This document shows positions 44,407-58,200 of a stretch of DNA of 64,000 nucleotides, one piece after another. The first letter of the stretch is position 1, and each line of letters opens with the position of its first letter. The translations under genes and the position numbers were made by a program. Source of the DNA: Phoronis australis (taxonomy: Eukaryota; Animalia; Phoronida); assembly GCA_002633005.1 (NCBI GenBank), contig NMRA01000119.1:646228-710227 (forward strand). Direction: 5' to 3'. The notes below the pieces were generated by a model, which saw only the letters and a program-made list of their open reading frames with translations, searched no databases and was not told the origin of the DNA.

Positions 44407-45820
44407 AGTAGTAGTAATAATCTTTATTTAAAAGTCGGTGAACCTTAACAATGAAACATTAGCACAAGTGCTATTATCCGACAGATTTAAAATCTACAAA
44501 ATGAACAGAACTAAAATACTAGCTAATTCTACAGTGAGGAGAATATACAGAACTTAAACATAAATGTAAGTACAAAAGCACACATACATGTTACGAAGCG
44601 TGTAGGCATCCATAGCAGTCTTCACAAGAGCAGATCTCAGAGAAAAAGTCATGAGCAAGAGTGGCAAATTCATTTAAGGTAGTACATTGTCTCATTACTG
44701 ATGGCAATGAGTTCCATAGCAAAGTACCTTTATGGGAGATTGAGTTACATCCGTAAGTCATCGTATTAAAGCGTTTCACATAGAGACAGTTTTCACCTCT
44801 GAGACCGTATCCAGACTCTCTAAATTCAAGCTTTCCTGACAAGGGACAGGGTCCAATAATATGAACATTTTTGAATACTTCAATAGATAAGCATTTCATC
44901 CGCCAACTAGTTAGAGAGCAGCTCCTAGCCTTAACTAAGAGTTGTGAGTAGCTGGACTCATTGTCATTGAACACAAACTTTAAAGCACGGTGTTGTATCT
45001 TTTCCATTTTCCTACTTTTCTGTATTCCACATAGGTGCCAAACGAGGGGGCAGTGATTAAAATAGGATCTTATAAATGCATAATATAACTTAAGCTTACT
45101 GTTAATGCCTAAAACATTTCGAAGACGGAACAAGGCATTCATCTGTCTAGAAGCTTTTTTGCAAATAACATCAACGTGCTCGTGGAATCTTAGCTGGCTG
45201 TCAAGTTGGACACCCAGCAGTTTAACGGACTCTTCACACTTAATCATAGTATCACCACACATGAGATACCTATCATTATTTTGTGCACGATTCCTAGAAA
45301 AGATGATTGACTTAAATTTACCAAGGTTTACAGCCATTCCATTAGAGGAGAACCAATCCATTGCCATCTGCCCAGCTACCTTGAGGCTGAGGCGGACTGC
45401 AGATAAAGAGGAGCCTGCTTGCAATAGGTTATTGTCATCAGCGTAATTATATAACTTACAGTGACCACTTATAGCGTAAAATATATCATTGATAAAAATG
45501 TTGAATAACATGGGGCCTAAGACAGACCCTTGAGGAACGCCCTTGGGGACATTTAACCAGTCGCAGGCACTGACAGTGGAGCCAATTTTCACCCTCATCC
45601 TTCTATCACTGAGATAGGACATTATGAGGTTACAGGTATTCAATGTGCAGCCATAGGCTTTTAGTTTGGCAACAAGGAGCTCATGGGGGAGGCAATCAAA
45701 AGCCTTAGACAGATCAATCAGTATGCACCCAGCAAATAAATTTTTGTCCAGGGCTAACCTTACATCTTCAGTTAGACGTAAGAAGACATCCTGACAAGAA
45801 AAACCTTTACGGATATTAGT
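44407..45820 (-). mobile_element. 5'-truncated non-LTR retrotransposon (CR1/L2 group) with an open reverse transcriptase frame
   Basis: ORF 44591-45931 with DLSKAFD, GVPQGSVLGP, YADD, KLLGVQLD, IQHRALKFV, LWNSLP. RT similarity starts near RKGFSCQD (about 45810). The 3' end has AATAAA followed by an (ATT/ACT)n tail at about 44407-44428. Confidence 0.9.
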
Positions 45821-47055
45821 AAAGTCTATGGTATGATTGTGTCGTTGAGTGTCTTCGTTTACTGCACTGTGGCAATTTTGTAGAGATAGACAGAAATAGA
45901 CCAAATGATTCCATATTAATTTCTGTAACAAATTTTAACAAATAACGTCTGTTTTTGGAACGTTTCATCAATTGCTGCACAAAAGTACATGAGTAAAATG
46001 CAGTCGACTCATTTTTCTCCACCGTTTTTAATTTATCTCATTGGTTCACATATTATTTACGTCATCGTGACTCAAGGGGGAGGGGGCTTGGAAAAGATGA
46101 CGATTGGTGGCAGGGGGGGAGATAATGTCATTGCCTTATGAGACTAGCTTCATGCACAGTATATTTCGTTGGGAAACGGGTTCACTCAGCGAAATTATTA
46201 ACTAATTAAAACCGGGACCTGTCGCTTCACGCGTCCCGGCGAGATAACTAGGTTGCAGCAGCAGGCAAACTGTTGACATCCCCACTGCCATCACTACCTA
46301 AGCCTCAGCTGTCCCATTTACAATAAACATAGTGGGCGTAGCGCTGGGATGTAGGGTGTAGGAGAGATAGCCCTCTTTAATATTGGTGAGAGGCAGTCAC
46401 CCTCCCTTTGGGAGGTGGCCAGGACCCAATTGGTTCTCACTTCTACATCAAGCTCACGTATGCGGGCTCCACGGGGGCAACGGCGGGTTTTGACTGACCC
46501 GGTCAACTATGAGTGAACCCACTGATTCTGGATCTATGGGTGAGGCAAGTCTGGCCTCTAGTATACGAAGTCTGAGACGGCTGAAAAGGCGGATGAACCA
46601 GTAATGGTCAACGGCTAGGAAGGCGAAACAGCAAAGCGTGAGGAGCGCACATGGGCACGTCAAGGCTCGGCTGAAAAGTAGGGCCTATTTGTGGCCACCC
46701 ACCATAGTAAGGTCGGAAACCTACTATTTTTCAAAGGAATGAAATCATATCGTGAATAATACGTTTACAAGGAAGTCACGCATTTCTAAAAGATATGCGG
46801 GAATTTTCACCGCTCGCCCTTCTGAGCGGCTTGTACCGTGATCAAAGAGACCGCGGCGCCGGAATCAGGTACAATTTTGACTGCAATGCGAGCAAGACCC
46901 AATTAAGTGAATTACCCGACCATAAACTGCATTAAACATCTCTGACTGTACATAATGGCGAATTTTCAAAATGCATTACGGCGTAGACAACGCAGAAAGT
47001 GGCTGGACGACATCAAGGAATGGACGAATCTACCACTGCAAGAATGTACCAGGAC

Positions 47056-47259
47056 AAGGTGGCGGATCTAGGATATCACAATTGGGGGGCAACGTTTTTG
47101 TCTGTAAACATTTGTGAGAACCACGATTGCAGATGCGCATAGCACCGAATGGGGGAGGTCGGGGGTTTGCACCCCTCCCGCCTAGGAAANNNNNNNNNNN
47201 NNNNNNNNNNCTCTTGCTGTTTTATTTTTTGCCCCCTGCCCCCCTAAATCCGCCTATGC
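47056..47259. mobile_element. GGCGGATC-type MITE spanning a 21-N gap
   Basis: GGCGGATCTAGG ... CCTAAATCCGCC inverted ends; related end CAGGGGCGGATCCAGG near 43102; N-run at 47190-47210. Confidence 0.55.
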
Positions 47260-50200
47260 AGAAAGGCAAAGAGCAGAGCAGAATGGTGGGTCTCAAGTCG
47301 ACCTCTAAGGAGATGACATCGGAGAGAGGGCGTAGCGCACTGAGGACATGATCAGGACGTCCAACTACGCTCGTGCGATTATGTTTTGCAGGGCATTTTC
47401 ATTGCATCAATAGGTAGTGCGATGGAATTTATTTTTGTAATTAAATTTAATATGCCAGAATTGTCATACCGGCTATACCTCAAATCTCAAGTTTTGCTCT
47501 CCAGATTGCCAATTCAGTGGAAACTGCTGGCCACAGAGTACAAACAGAAGTTGATGGTGTTGATGATTGAAAGGGCACCCTTATTAAAACATTATTGTTT
47601 TCCCCGCCCTATCCTCACTCCTCTGACGTAGGTAAGGCAAATATTCATTATTTTAGGGAAAACGCAAAAAGGTGTACCATTGAATATCACTGATGCGCCA
47701 AAACTTTTTTAAAAAATGCGATACTGCAAATAAAATGTATTTGGATAGCGCACATGGCATATCAGTCGCAAGAGGAAAAACTCTCCCGTTATTCAGGCCC
47801 ACAAATTATTTATTACAGTTTGTAAAGGAATTGATTTATTTGACATTATATGAAACATTAGAAAACGACGATTTGATAGTTGAAATGGCGTACTTCATTT
47901 CATTCCTGAATACAACAACCGTGGCAAACACAACTTTCGCTTGTAGACACTAGCTTGTAATGAATCATAAAGACGGAATGTTCACGTCCAGTACTTACAA
48001 AGACAGTGGGATTGACTGTGATGATCTAATTATAGGCTGGACGGGGGAGGTGTATATCGTGATAAGTGACAACAGAAGGGGAGGTAAAAAGTGGCAAATT
48101 CTGCTTGATGACTATGTAAACTCCCAAAGTAAACGTGTGGTATTTTCTTAGATTTGGAAGTAAACAAATAGTTTCCTATATTATATTTGTGGAAAATTCA
48201 TCTTAATTAATGCCTGTAGTATATTGGGACAAGCCTCGCAAACGTTAGCTGTATACAGATGCAGTGAAGTGTACATGAACGTGTGTTCAGCTTCGTACCA
48301 ACGAAAGCGTATGTTTGTTTGGCTTTGAAGGAATAAATACAGAAACAATTTCATTAACAGCATATTTTTATTGGTTTTTGCTGCAAACCATATACAATGT
48401 ATGTATAGATTAATAAATTGAAGTTTATTCCATATAAGAAAATAGTGACACATGACTCTACTTCTAAAACAGTTTGAAGATTAAAATTTCGGCCATCCTC
48501 AACAAGGAAACGTTCCCATCTACAAGAACTGGGGATTGAATATTTCTTCTTCATTGCTGTCTGAGCTATGACATGACTCATTTGGAGCTAATATTACATA
48601 ACTTTCACGACCTTTACACCCAATTCTATATCAGCAGGCCCAAACGCCAAGAAAAAAAACATCACCTGACTACAAGAAATTCACCAAAAGCAGCAGCTTA
48701 TCAAAATAATCGCTTGCTGTTGTACTGGTTCAAAACAAAAACCAAACAAACAGCAGCACATTCCCATGAAGCAGACATGTTCAATCAAAAACTTATTTAT
48801 AAAAAATACCTCAGGTCAGACGAGTGTGACTGCTGAGTGAACTTTTGCACCGAAGGCAACAGCACAATTTTAACAGCTTAACCCGTGGCAATTACATTTC
48901 TTTAATAATCTGAAAAAATATATACATCTCAATCGTCAACAACCCTGAACCATACAACAATCAAACAATGGACCCAAACTTACCAAAAATTACCCGAGAC
49001 TCATTTAAAAACTGACCAATACCATGACGCGATTAGAGTAATTTTTCAAATTTCACGCCATGTCACTGGGAAATTTTCAGGTGGAGTGTTGAGTAAACTT
49101 TCGATGTCTCGGCCCAAGAGCTATTTTAATTTTCTGAGAACAGACTGACAGAATAACCGAGTTATACTTGCACAGGTTGTTTTGACAAATGGACACTGTA
49201 AACCAAAAAGTAAACTGGTTCCTCTAAAAAGACAACCACATTGTCAACAACACCCGATATACCGTAACTAGTTAAATGTAGAACAGTATCAATAATATCT
49301 GTACTAAATAGTTTTGATAAATGCAAACAATAATACTCTAGTCTAAACTTCAGACAGGCCTAGCTCAAAACTGTAATGTTTACTTGTTTGTAACATATTA
49401 ACAACATGTTTACAAAAAAGTAAACAGTGTACATTCACAGAAATGAACCAGATAAATTTGCAATTAGTAAAACATAATGTCTCTATGGAAATGTAGTCAC
49501 TTTGAGCAAGATCAACGTATTCTGAATAATCATTATTTGAGTTTAATACCAATGTCCTTTAGCTTCGTTTATCCACGATAAGTGAAATTTTTGTTGAACG
49601 CAAAATCATGTTACAGCAAACATAAACGAAACATTCCCTCTTGTCATAATATCACAGAAAATGTTTACATCCCATCTCACACTGGTATGACTCTCATTGA
49701 ATTTCATAACACAGTATACATGTATAATTTCTTTAAAACACTGAATGTACATTTAATGCTAAGCAGATTATCATCTCAAGTATATTTAGGAAGCATGACA
49801 TAAATTATTCGCTGTACTCGATTGACTTTCCCAGAAACTCCAGGTCAACTGGCTTAGACATCTGACTGGTTCTCGATGACATGACAACCTCCAGCTTATA
49901 GACCAATCAGATGTCTTAGACCATAGAACCCACAAAGTCAGTCAACTGCAGCCACTACTTGCTAACACTTGAATATACACAAGAATCCCCTGAGCCAAGA
50001 AATAACAGAGCAGTAAGTTGGGACAAATGGCAAGTTTACCATTAACATTCTACGTCACTAGTCACAACAGATGTGTGGAAATGGAACACCAACTTTCACC
50101 ACGCATTAAGAAAGACATCGAGAATTTGTTTCGCAATACCGCATAAATTAAAAGTTTGTGAAGTTAAAAATTAGCATAAAATGGGACAGCAGCAGCGTGA

Positions 50201-51966
50201 ATTTTTCAAAATTAGCGAGTACGAGATGGGTGAAACTTCAATCGCTGGCAAGAGCAGTGCTTATATTAAGTGAATAGTTATGGCCACTGAGCCATAATAC
50301 CAGAAAATATTTCTGTGGCACGAGTCTCCAGATTTCCACTTCACAATGAGGTTATTCTCAGAGCCTAGCAACGCATTGATGCATTAGATGAAGTTGCGGC
50401 CCAATCCTGAATGAGGAGTCATTAATGTAGACTTCAATATACCCAACGTCACAGAGTATAATTCAGAAATTAGCAGATTCCATACAATCTAGGCATCATG
50501 CATCAAGACACCAAGTCTTGCCTTAAAGGCATCGCAAGTAGCGTCCCAGAGGTGCTGCTAAACAAGGGACATAAGTGACCTGCCAATCAGATGATATTTC
50601 GTGACAAGATTCCCTACTGAGGAGACCCTTTTCAGATTTAATTACCTACAACAAGGATCATTTTGGGAGTTATAGAAACAAAACGGCGATGTTGATGGAA
50701 AAAAATTACAAAAGGTTGACCTAAAAGGCAACCTTTTTCATTTTCATTCTTCAAAAGGGTGGATATCATAATTTTCTAGCCGATTCTTCTTAAATATAGT
50801 CTAGTGCCAATGGGCTCAGTGTATGACGTACTTAACTTACTGGGTTATAAAAAAACTCTTAACAAACACAGAACCGTAGTCTAACAGTGAATGATCAGCA
50901 TCAACTTTACAGTAAGGCAGTCTTCGTCTTAAGTACCGTCCACACGGAGTCTACCCTAGAACCACTTTTAACTGAAGCGTCCACACGGACACATCCGGTA
51001 ACTAGTGTAAGGTAGAAGATGTCGCTCTGTACGTGACAATGGACAGCTAATGCAAAAAGGGGTCGAAAAAGAAGAACTGCCTCTATGTAACCGCAGCTGA
51101 CAATTCCTTTTTTTTGCCTTGCCCAAGATTGCAGTCTCACAAGAACTAAAGGTGGTGCAACTTACCCTAGAACAAGTTACCCTACCTGAATAATGTGGAG
51201 TAAATTGTCACAAGTGGGGTAAGTTGCACTAGTTTAAATAGCGGCCACATAGCCTACAAATCTAGCGACGACTTGTTCCAGGAGTAACTAGCTGTAGGCC
51301 AAGTCTGTGTGTGGATGGCACTTTAAACGTCGTGTCATCATTAACAGGTTTTGGACTCGTTATTGCAACAGTAACTGCACACTGGAGTATTATACAATTC
51401 AAACAACAGTTTAATCTTGGCCTCTGAGTTTGGTTCACCTCCATATAGGCAATCGCAATAGACAAATGCATACTTGACAACACCAACAATCCAAATCCAC
51501 TTAAAAAGCCAGTACATTTTATACAAATGCTAGTCAACAAGATTTTGTTACATGCAAGTTCAACAAATACAAAATCTAGAATGGGGCAAAAACCTTCATT
51601 TGAAGTACTTGCTGCAATACACATAATCTTAAACTTAAGTCAGCACAGTTTATGACCATTTTTAGGGGAATACACAACCTTTACAAAGCTCCCTACACTA
51701 GCAAGCACAATTTCAAGAGTAGATATATCTCTACTGCTATTCTTGACAACAATAAAATGACGAAAATATGTAACAATATTGCTTTCAAACAACTGACACT
51801 AGGTGTCGTAACACAGAGAAACATCAACCATAATCTTAACCCCATCATGTTTCTCTCTGTGGCAAGCCAAAATGCTACCCACACGACGACGACCCCTCGG
51901 CTATGGCAGCTTAAATGTCCGACAATGGAACAACCCAGCATTACGTGACAACAACACATCTGAAGC

Positions 51967-52226
51967 TCATGGCACAACAGTAGACTCAGAGGAAAATAGT
52001 TCTTTATGTAATGCGGGGAATTCCAAGTTGGGTGACGACTTTTTGAAAGTGTTCAGAGCATCTGTATGCTTGAAACTCAGTTCAGCGAGCCGCGGAATTT
52101 TAGACAGCAGAGCCTGGTACATCTCGTCATTATCCGGATGGTTCCGGATAACCTCCAGCTTCAGCGCCGACTTGAGACGGTCTTGCAGCGATACCACAGA
52201 TGTCTCATCTCTGATGCACGGCCGTG
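51967..52226 (-). CDS. HR3: HR3 terminal LBD exon (helices 9-12)
   Basis: [21 protein letters not shown]...[15 protein letters not shown]...[18 protein letters not shown]. Confidence 0.93.
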
Positions 52227-55200
52227 CTGAAATCATAGAGAAAATGCTGCAGTGACCAATGTCAAAGAAATCAAAGAAGGACAGACCGATCATCACAATT
52301 ATTCCATGTCTACTACTTGCACTACTGAAATTCCTAAAAAAAACAGTTTGAAACTAAAAAAAAACAGTCCAAGACAGTTTAACAAGCCGAAAATACTGAC
52401 AACAGCTACTTGGGCACAGCACAACAGTCAAATTAAATACCCATACCCTAGAACAAGTTGTGTACGCACAATACACATTTAAAATGTATGATGTTGAACA
52501 CTTGTGAAGGTGCTATGGACATGCCTGGAGTTGAAAATAAACTTTTAATTTAATATTCACCGAGATCCTGAGACAACCCAGCTTTAACTGAAACTTTGTT
52601 ACTGCTAAGGGCAATACATTGTCCTGATCCAGCATAACATTGTCCTGACCCAGCATAAAATTGTCATGACCCAGCAATACGTTGTCCTGACCCAGCATAA
52701 CATTTTATGTGCCAAGCATGGCCTCGAGGAAAAATAAAGTGTCAGTTTTTCCCTGGCCCACAAATCACTGATGAAACAGGCTGAGATCAGTTTAATAATA
52801 GTGAGTGTCCCATCAAAATACAAAGTCAGATTTTTGGCTGCAAGCCAGTACACAGGACCATTAGGCAATTCATCTCAAATTTACACAGGCCTACTTGACG
52901 GGCCCAACTCAGGAGACAAGCTTGCCAATTTAACACCAGCGAGCAATTAAATATTCAATAATTTGGTTTTCTAGGCATAAAATATAAAAATACAAAACCC
53001 AACTAAAATACTCAGACGAAACTGGAGAAGCTTGAATAAATATGAAACCAAATATTAAATGCGCATGTTTTGTATTTGAATTCACTTTACAAAAATACAC
53101 TCGGGTCACTTTTAATCAACACAGGTAAAATATCGAGACCTTTGTTAGTTGATTTTATATGAATCAACATCAGTGTACCACTGTGCGGCTATACTGAATC
53201 CAAGCCGGGATGCATCTCTAAACAAAAAGAGACCACGGCAATTTGGATCACAAATAATTGCTGAAATCATCACATTTCTTTCAAAAGCTTACTACATACG
53301 GCAAATGCTCCTTGGTGATATCTGTACAATACAAACCACAATGACAACAAAATGAAATTTTTACGACCTCCATTGTGCATGCCAATGTCAAGTAGTGGGG
53401 CAGCTCTGGACAGTGTAAACGCCCATCCCTACACATGACTTACTGGAGTTGACTAGGACCACGGCAGACAACAGGGCCAACTCGGTCTCTGTCAGTTTGA
53501 AGCTGATCATGTCCTTAGCAAAATCGAATATGCTATCCTTCAGCTCTTTTTCTTCTATGGCTGAAAAACAAACCACGCAACTGTAATTGTCTGGAAGCAG
53601 GAAGCTTTCCATTTCAAACTCTTTGTACATGGAGGAACTGGCAACTGGAAATCCCAGAAAGTCGGCAATTTTTAATAACGGCTAAAATACTAAATACAAG
53701 AAAATCACAAAAAGCATAATTATACAAATGGCATTCATCACAAAAATCTACCCCTTCATTACTTTTGACCCATATAGTTGCTTTAGGATCATCATGTCAG
53801 AACCATTTAAGGCGTCTCCTGTATTTGAAACTACTTTCAGTGAAAGTCTCTTTTAAGTTATTAAACCCATTTGTATGGGATAAAAGTCCATTCTACCCAC
53901 ACTCTAACAGTATCAGGAACTCAGTAAGGAATACTGAAACTAGCAGATGACATCATCCCCAGACAAAGGACATGTGACCAATAGACTCAACACTTGAGAA
54001 TGAAAATCAAGTAGACAAAGTGCTCCGCACTAAAAGCCAGGTGTGAAAACCAACTGGTAAGTACAGAGACAGCGCATGGAGATATGAACCCATAGCCTGG
54101 ACTTAGAGATATAAATTACATGCAAGTAAAGTTTAGACAATCACAACTTCTCTCATTGAACCGTTGCACAGTTCACACTACACTGGTTCAAGCATAACCC
54201 TTCTAGAAAATTCCACACCCAAACAAATTTATTCTTAGTGATTAGCCATGTAAATAATAATTATCAATAAATTAAATCAAAACTTACTCAGGTTTGAGAA
54301 AGCCTCAAGTGGCACAAAGGCAGATCCAAAGATGACTTTGTCGTTGACAACATCGTAGGATCGACACAGACGCAGAAGAGCAAGCTCAAAACTCCCTGAA
54401 AAATGTTGTTTCATTAAACCAGGGGTCTCTTTCATGAAAAGTAATTCAAGACTTAAGAGAGAATTTTGCGGAGAAAAGGTTTAGTCAAGTAATTATAAGC
54501 GCATTACACTCTGAAAATAATTTATAGTTCTCTTAGAAATGAGCATTAGTTATGTGTATACTGTTAGGGCCGTTGTGTGGACCGTAAGGCCAAATTTCTG
54601 ACTTAAGCCTTATTTAAGTCACTTCATGAAACGGACGCCTGAATTCACTAGATTCATTTTACAAATAATGTCCATCACAACAGTTAAAAACTAGTATTTC
54701 ATTTCAGAATGATATCGACTTTCTCTTTTATAAAGCACTCAACTCACAATCGCATTTCAACATAAATTTTTAAAAGTTAATGTTTATACTGAACGGGTTG
54801 ACCAACTTTCACCTGCACTTAAGTGCATCCAGGCATATTCATCTGAAGTTAGAGTTTGTATTTGGAAAGCATATGGTGTCTGGTAAAAGCTCATCTTTGT
54901 GCTAAATTTTCAAACTACTTGACATGAAAAGACTTTTTTGCTTCATTTTGTCCCCGAACCATTACAAAACAAGTATTTATGCCATGCAATATTATTAGAG
55001 AAATTAGCGTGCAAACAAGTAAGCCACTGAGGTACTGTAGAAAGTGACTATTCTACTCAATTTAAAGTAATTGCGGAACTTCAGAATGAAACCAGAGCCT
55101 AAGGTCTAATCGTTTTACTGGAAATAGAATTCAAAATCATTTTTGGCATTTCCTATTCTACTTCTGCACAAACTCAAGGTAAGTGTCTATCCTTAACTGC

Positions 55201-58200
55201 AAAAGTACATAACGGCTTACCTGGATAACTTTCTAATCCTAGTTTGCACTTGATGACCCCAGCATCAAGTGTTTACATGAAATTTAGTCAAGAGAGTTTT
55301 ACTTGAGTTTGCTACAAGAACATATGGGTCCAAGTGCAAACTTGTATTAAAAAGTCATAAGCATAAACGATAGTGTACTCGAACACAGACTAGTAGACAC
55401 TTATCCTGAGTTCGCACGAAAGTAGAACAGAAAATGTCAAAAATAATTTAGAGTTCGATTTTGAGTACAAAGATTAGACCTCATTCCCAGGTGAAAAATA
55501 ACTTTTGATTTGAAAATCGGACAAAAAAGCTCAAAAAAAAATTGCCAGTCCTACTTACGCAAAACTGGAACATTTTAAAAACAATTTCTATAGTGTTTTG
55601 AATAGCAGTGCATACAGCATAGTACCAGAAAGTTTCGTCATAATCTCATCAGCCACTTCTGAGATACGAGGTTCCGAAGTCAGCCAAATTTGGACATTTA
55701 CCGGAGTCCACATAATCTTAAAATTGTTCTACGCTGATCTCACCTGATTTGAGCAGCATGATCTGGTCGTCCTGGGACAGGGCCATGAAGCCTGGCACCA
55801 TCTTGGCAAACTCAATAATCTGTTGAACGGTCAGTGTGACCTTGTCTGCAACTTCCATCCACAGCTGTTCATGGACCTGCAATAGCCGAATTAGTAAATA
55901 TCAACGACATTAAGGACATAGTTTCCTCGCTTTTGTAACAAATATCTATTTCTAGTGAGCTCTTGTCCTTTTTGGGTTCACTAAGCATAGCTAAGCATCA
56001 CTCAAATCACCTGGATTCAGATCTTCAAACGACAATGCAAGGGATCTCCATGCATCTACAGTTCTACAGTTTGTTGCCATAACAAAGTGTTTTTATGTCC
56101 TTCTTTAAAGGAAATTCGCTTTCTTGTCTGTTTAAAAAGATGTGAGCGCTCTGAAACCCATAACTGTCCAGTTCTGCAGTTGGTTTTGAGACAGTTACAG
56201 AAATTACTAAGGAAATAAAATGTGAAAGTATTTTGCTAAGGAATATTGAAATATAACTGAAGAGAATGAATTTCTGGAGCATCCAGTTATAAACAGATAG
56301 AATATAACAAAGTTCTTTCAAATTTCTAAGGTCAGGTGAGTGTAAGTGAGGTCTCTTTCGTCAGGCAATGAATTTCTTTTGAAGATATAGAAACAGGACA
56401 TATTGCTATTTGTAATTTCATTAACATCTTTAATATTTGTGCACAATCAAATTTTCCTTAAATGACACCCAGACATAACTCTAAGCAGGAAAATCTGTTA
56501 TTGCAAAATATTGCTTTTAACGAAATTTACGGACAAAAAATCCCACAATTTACTAGCAGGGTCACAAGAAACGAGCAGAAGAGTTTCGTGTAGTCGACAG
56601 AGGTAGTTTGTGCTCCTATAATTTTTTACTTTCCAACAAGCCTAACTAGACATCTAGAAAAACAATAATCAGATTTCACCCTTTACCACAGAGGTGAACT
56701 AGATTTAACCACCTACCATAGAGGTGTATACTTGTACTTGTTCCCCCGACAGTCCCTGCTCTCGCAGACTGGAGATCTGTTCGGCTGTGAATAGGCACGT
56801 CCTCATGTGGGCCTCGCCGATCATTTTTATCAGGCATTCTGGAACACGTGACAGCCCTGACTAGAGGCATTGTCTTACACTACACAGGTACATATTTTGG
56901 GCGGCTAAATGCAACTGTTTACCCTGCTTTTCGTCAGGAAAGTACTGTTGAAGGGCCCCAGATGGTGCAGGAGTGTGGCGAGGGGAAGAAGGGTACGCCA
57001 TAGGGAGTGTTTTGGGGATAACAAGGTGGACTCGAGGTTATTCGCTTCAGTGAGTTTAAGGAACAAAAGGAGATAAAATTATTACGTTTGCGTTGGTAAA
57101 AGAAACAGAATCCAGTTTTAAATTATTGTTCCATCATTATACATCAACAGAAGCCATGTAATGTTTTTCCGTTTATTCTAATTATAAGTTTATTTTTACA
57201 CGCAGTTTTTGCATGACAGTGAAATATTCTAGTCAGATAAGGGAAGTGGAGGTCTATTGTAAAGTTTGGAGGGGGGACAGTCCTCAAAAAGGAGATTGTG
57301 GATCGCCCTGACTTTTACACACAGGGAAAAATCGAAATGTTTTGGTTGATGACTAGGTACCCCTAAGTGAACGAGTGTAATCGCGAGATGGTAGACACAT
57401 CAGATAACGGTACAAAAACATTATAACAAATAATCAAAAACATTAGGGTAATCAAAAAATCAAAAGGCATTCTGACCTAAAAGTGACATTCAGATGAAGC
57501 ATTTCAAAATGAATGTTAAAATTCATTTCAGGTTTTGAATTTTAGAATTGCTACTTCATTAGCACTCCAAAGCGATTTACGGAAGACAGCAAAATGTGAA
57601 GCTAAAAATGCAACATTTGCTATGAAGGTTTAACACCTTAATCTGAACCACAGAGAATACAATCCAAAAACTTAACTTCTAGAAGGATTCGCGAATAAAA
57701 TGTTGATTTCTAAAATAAGATTTTGACAGCAGATCTAACGTACCAATATCAATATCCTCAGCCTTGACAATAGGGGGCGACGAACTTCCATATGACGTCG
57801 AGTCAACTGGCACGGACTGCACAGCGTAAACTGCATTCTCAGACTGAGTGTAGCCATATGAACCATTAGGTGTGTATCCGTACTGGCTAGGGTAACTAGA
57901 AAACATGGAACACTTTAAAAAGAGCTGCTCGGCTGGTGTGGAGATATTGTAAAATCTCACTGGTTTTCAAACAAAAATAATTGCCCTAATTTTCCTTTTT
58001 CATTCTCCAAAGTCTTTTAGCATTTTTGTAAGAAGGAATGAGCAATTTTTCAAAACCTTGCCTGACTGTTGCTAAGGTTCGGTAGAGAACATGAAAAGAT
58101 AAATCAATGTCTACCCTACTTTTAAAACAGGTGGTGAAAATTATTACGCGGCTACATCTCTAAATTCCAGCTATGATCCCCTTAACCCCAGTCACGGACC

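Noticed and set aside
48340-51966. let-7 seed site in the HR3 3' region, expected by analogy with nematode nhr-23
   Set aside because: No GAGGTAG was found on the plus strand in this interval by eye, so it is not claimed.
53766-53776. RORE-like TATATGGGTCA in an HR3 intron (possible autoregulation)
   Set aside because: A rough estimate from base composition gives one or two such degenerate 11-mers by chance in 64 kb; no clustering seen.
55612-55660. Minus strand CTGATGA-GATTATGAC-GAAAC looks like a minimal hammerhead ribozyme core
   Set aside because: Stem II has 1 bp, stem III 2 bp and stem I only 4 bp with two G-U pairs. The sequence is a variant of a dispersed DNA-repeat end (compare 34580-34680), so the match is probably coincidental.
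57045-57065. U12 branch-like TTCCTTAAAC upstream of the candidate HR3 exon
   Set aside because: The upstream donor at 57743 is GTACGT, a U2-type site, so no minor intron can be formed.
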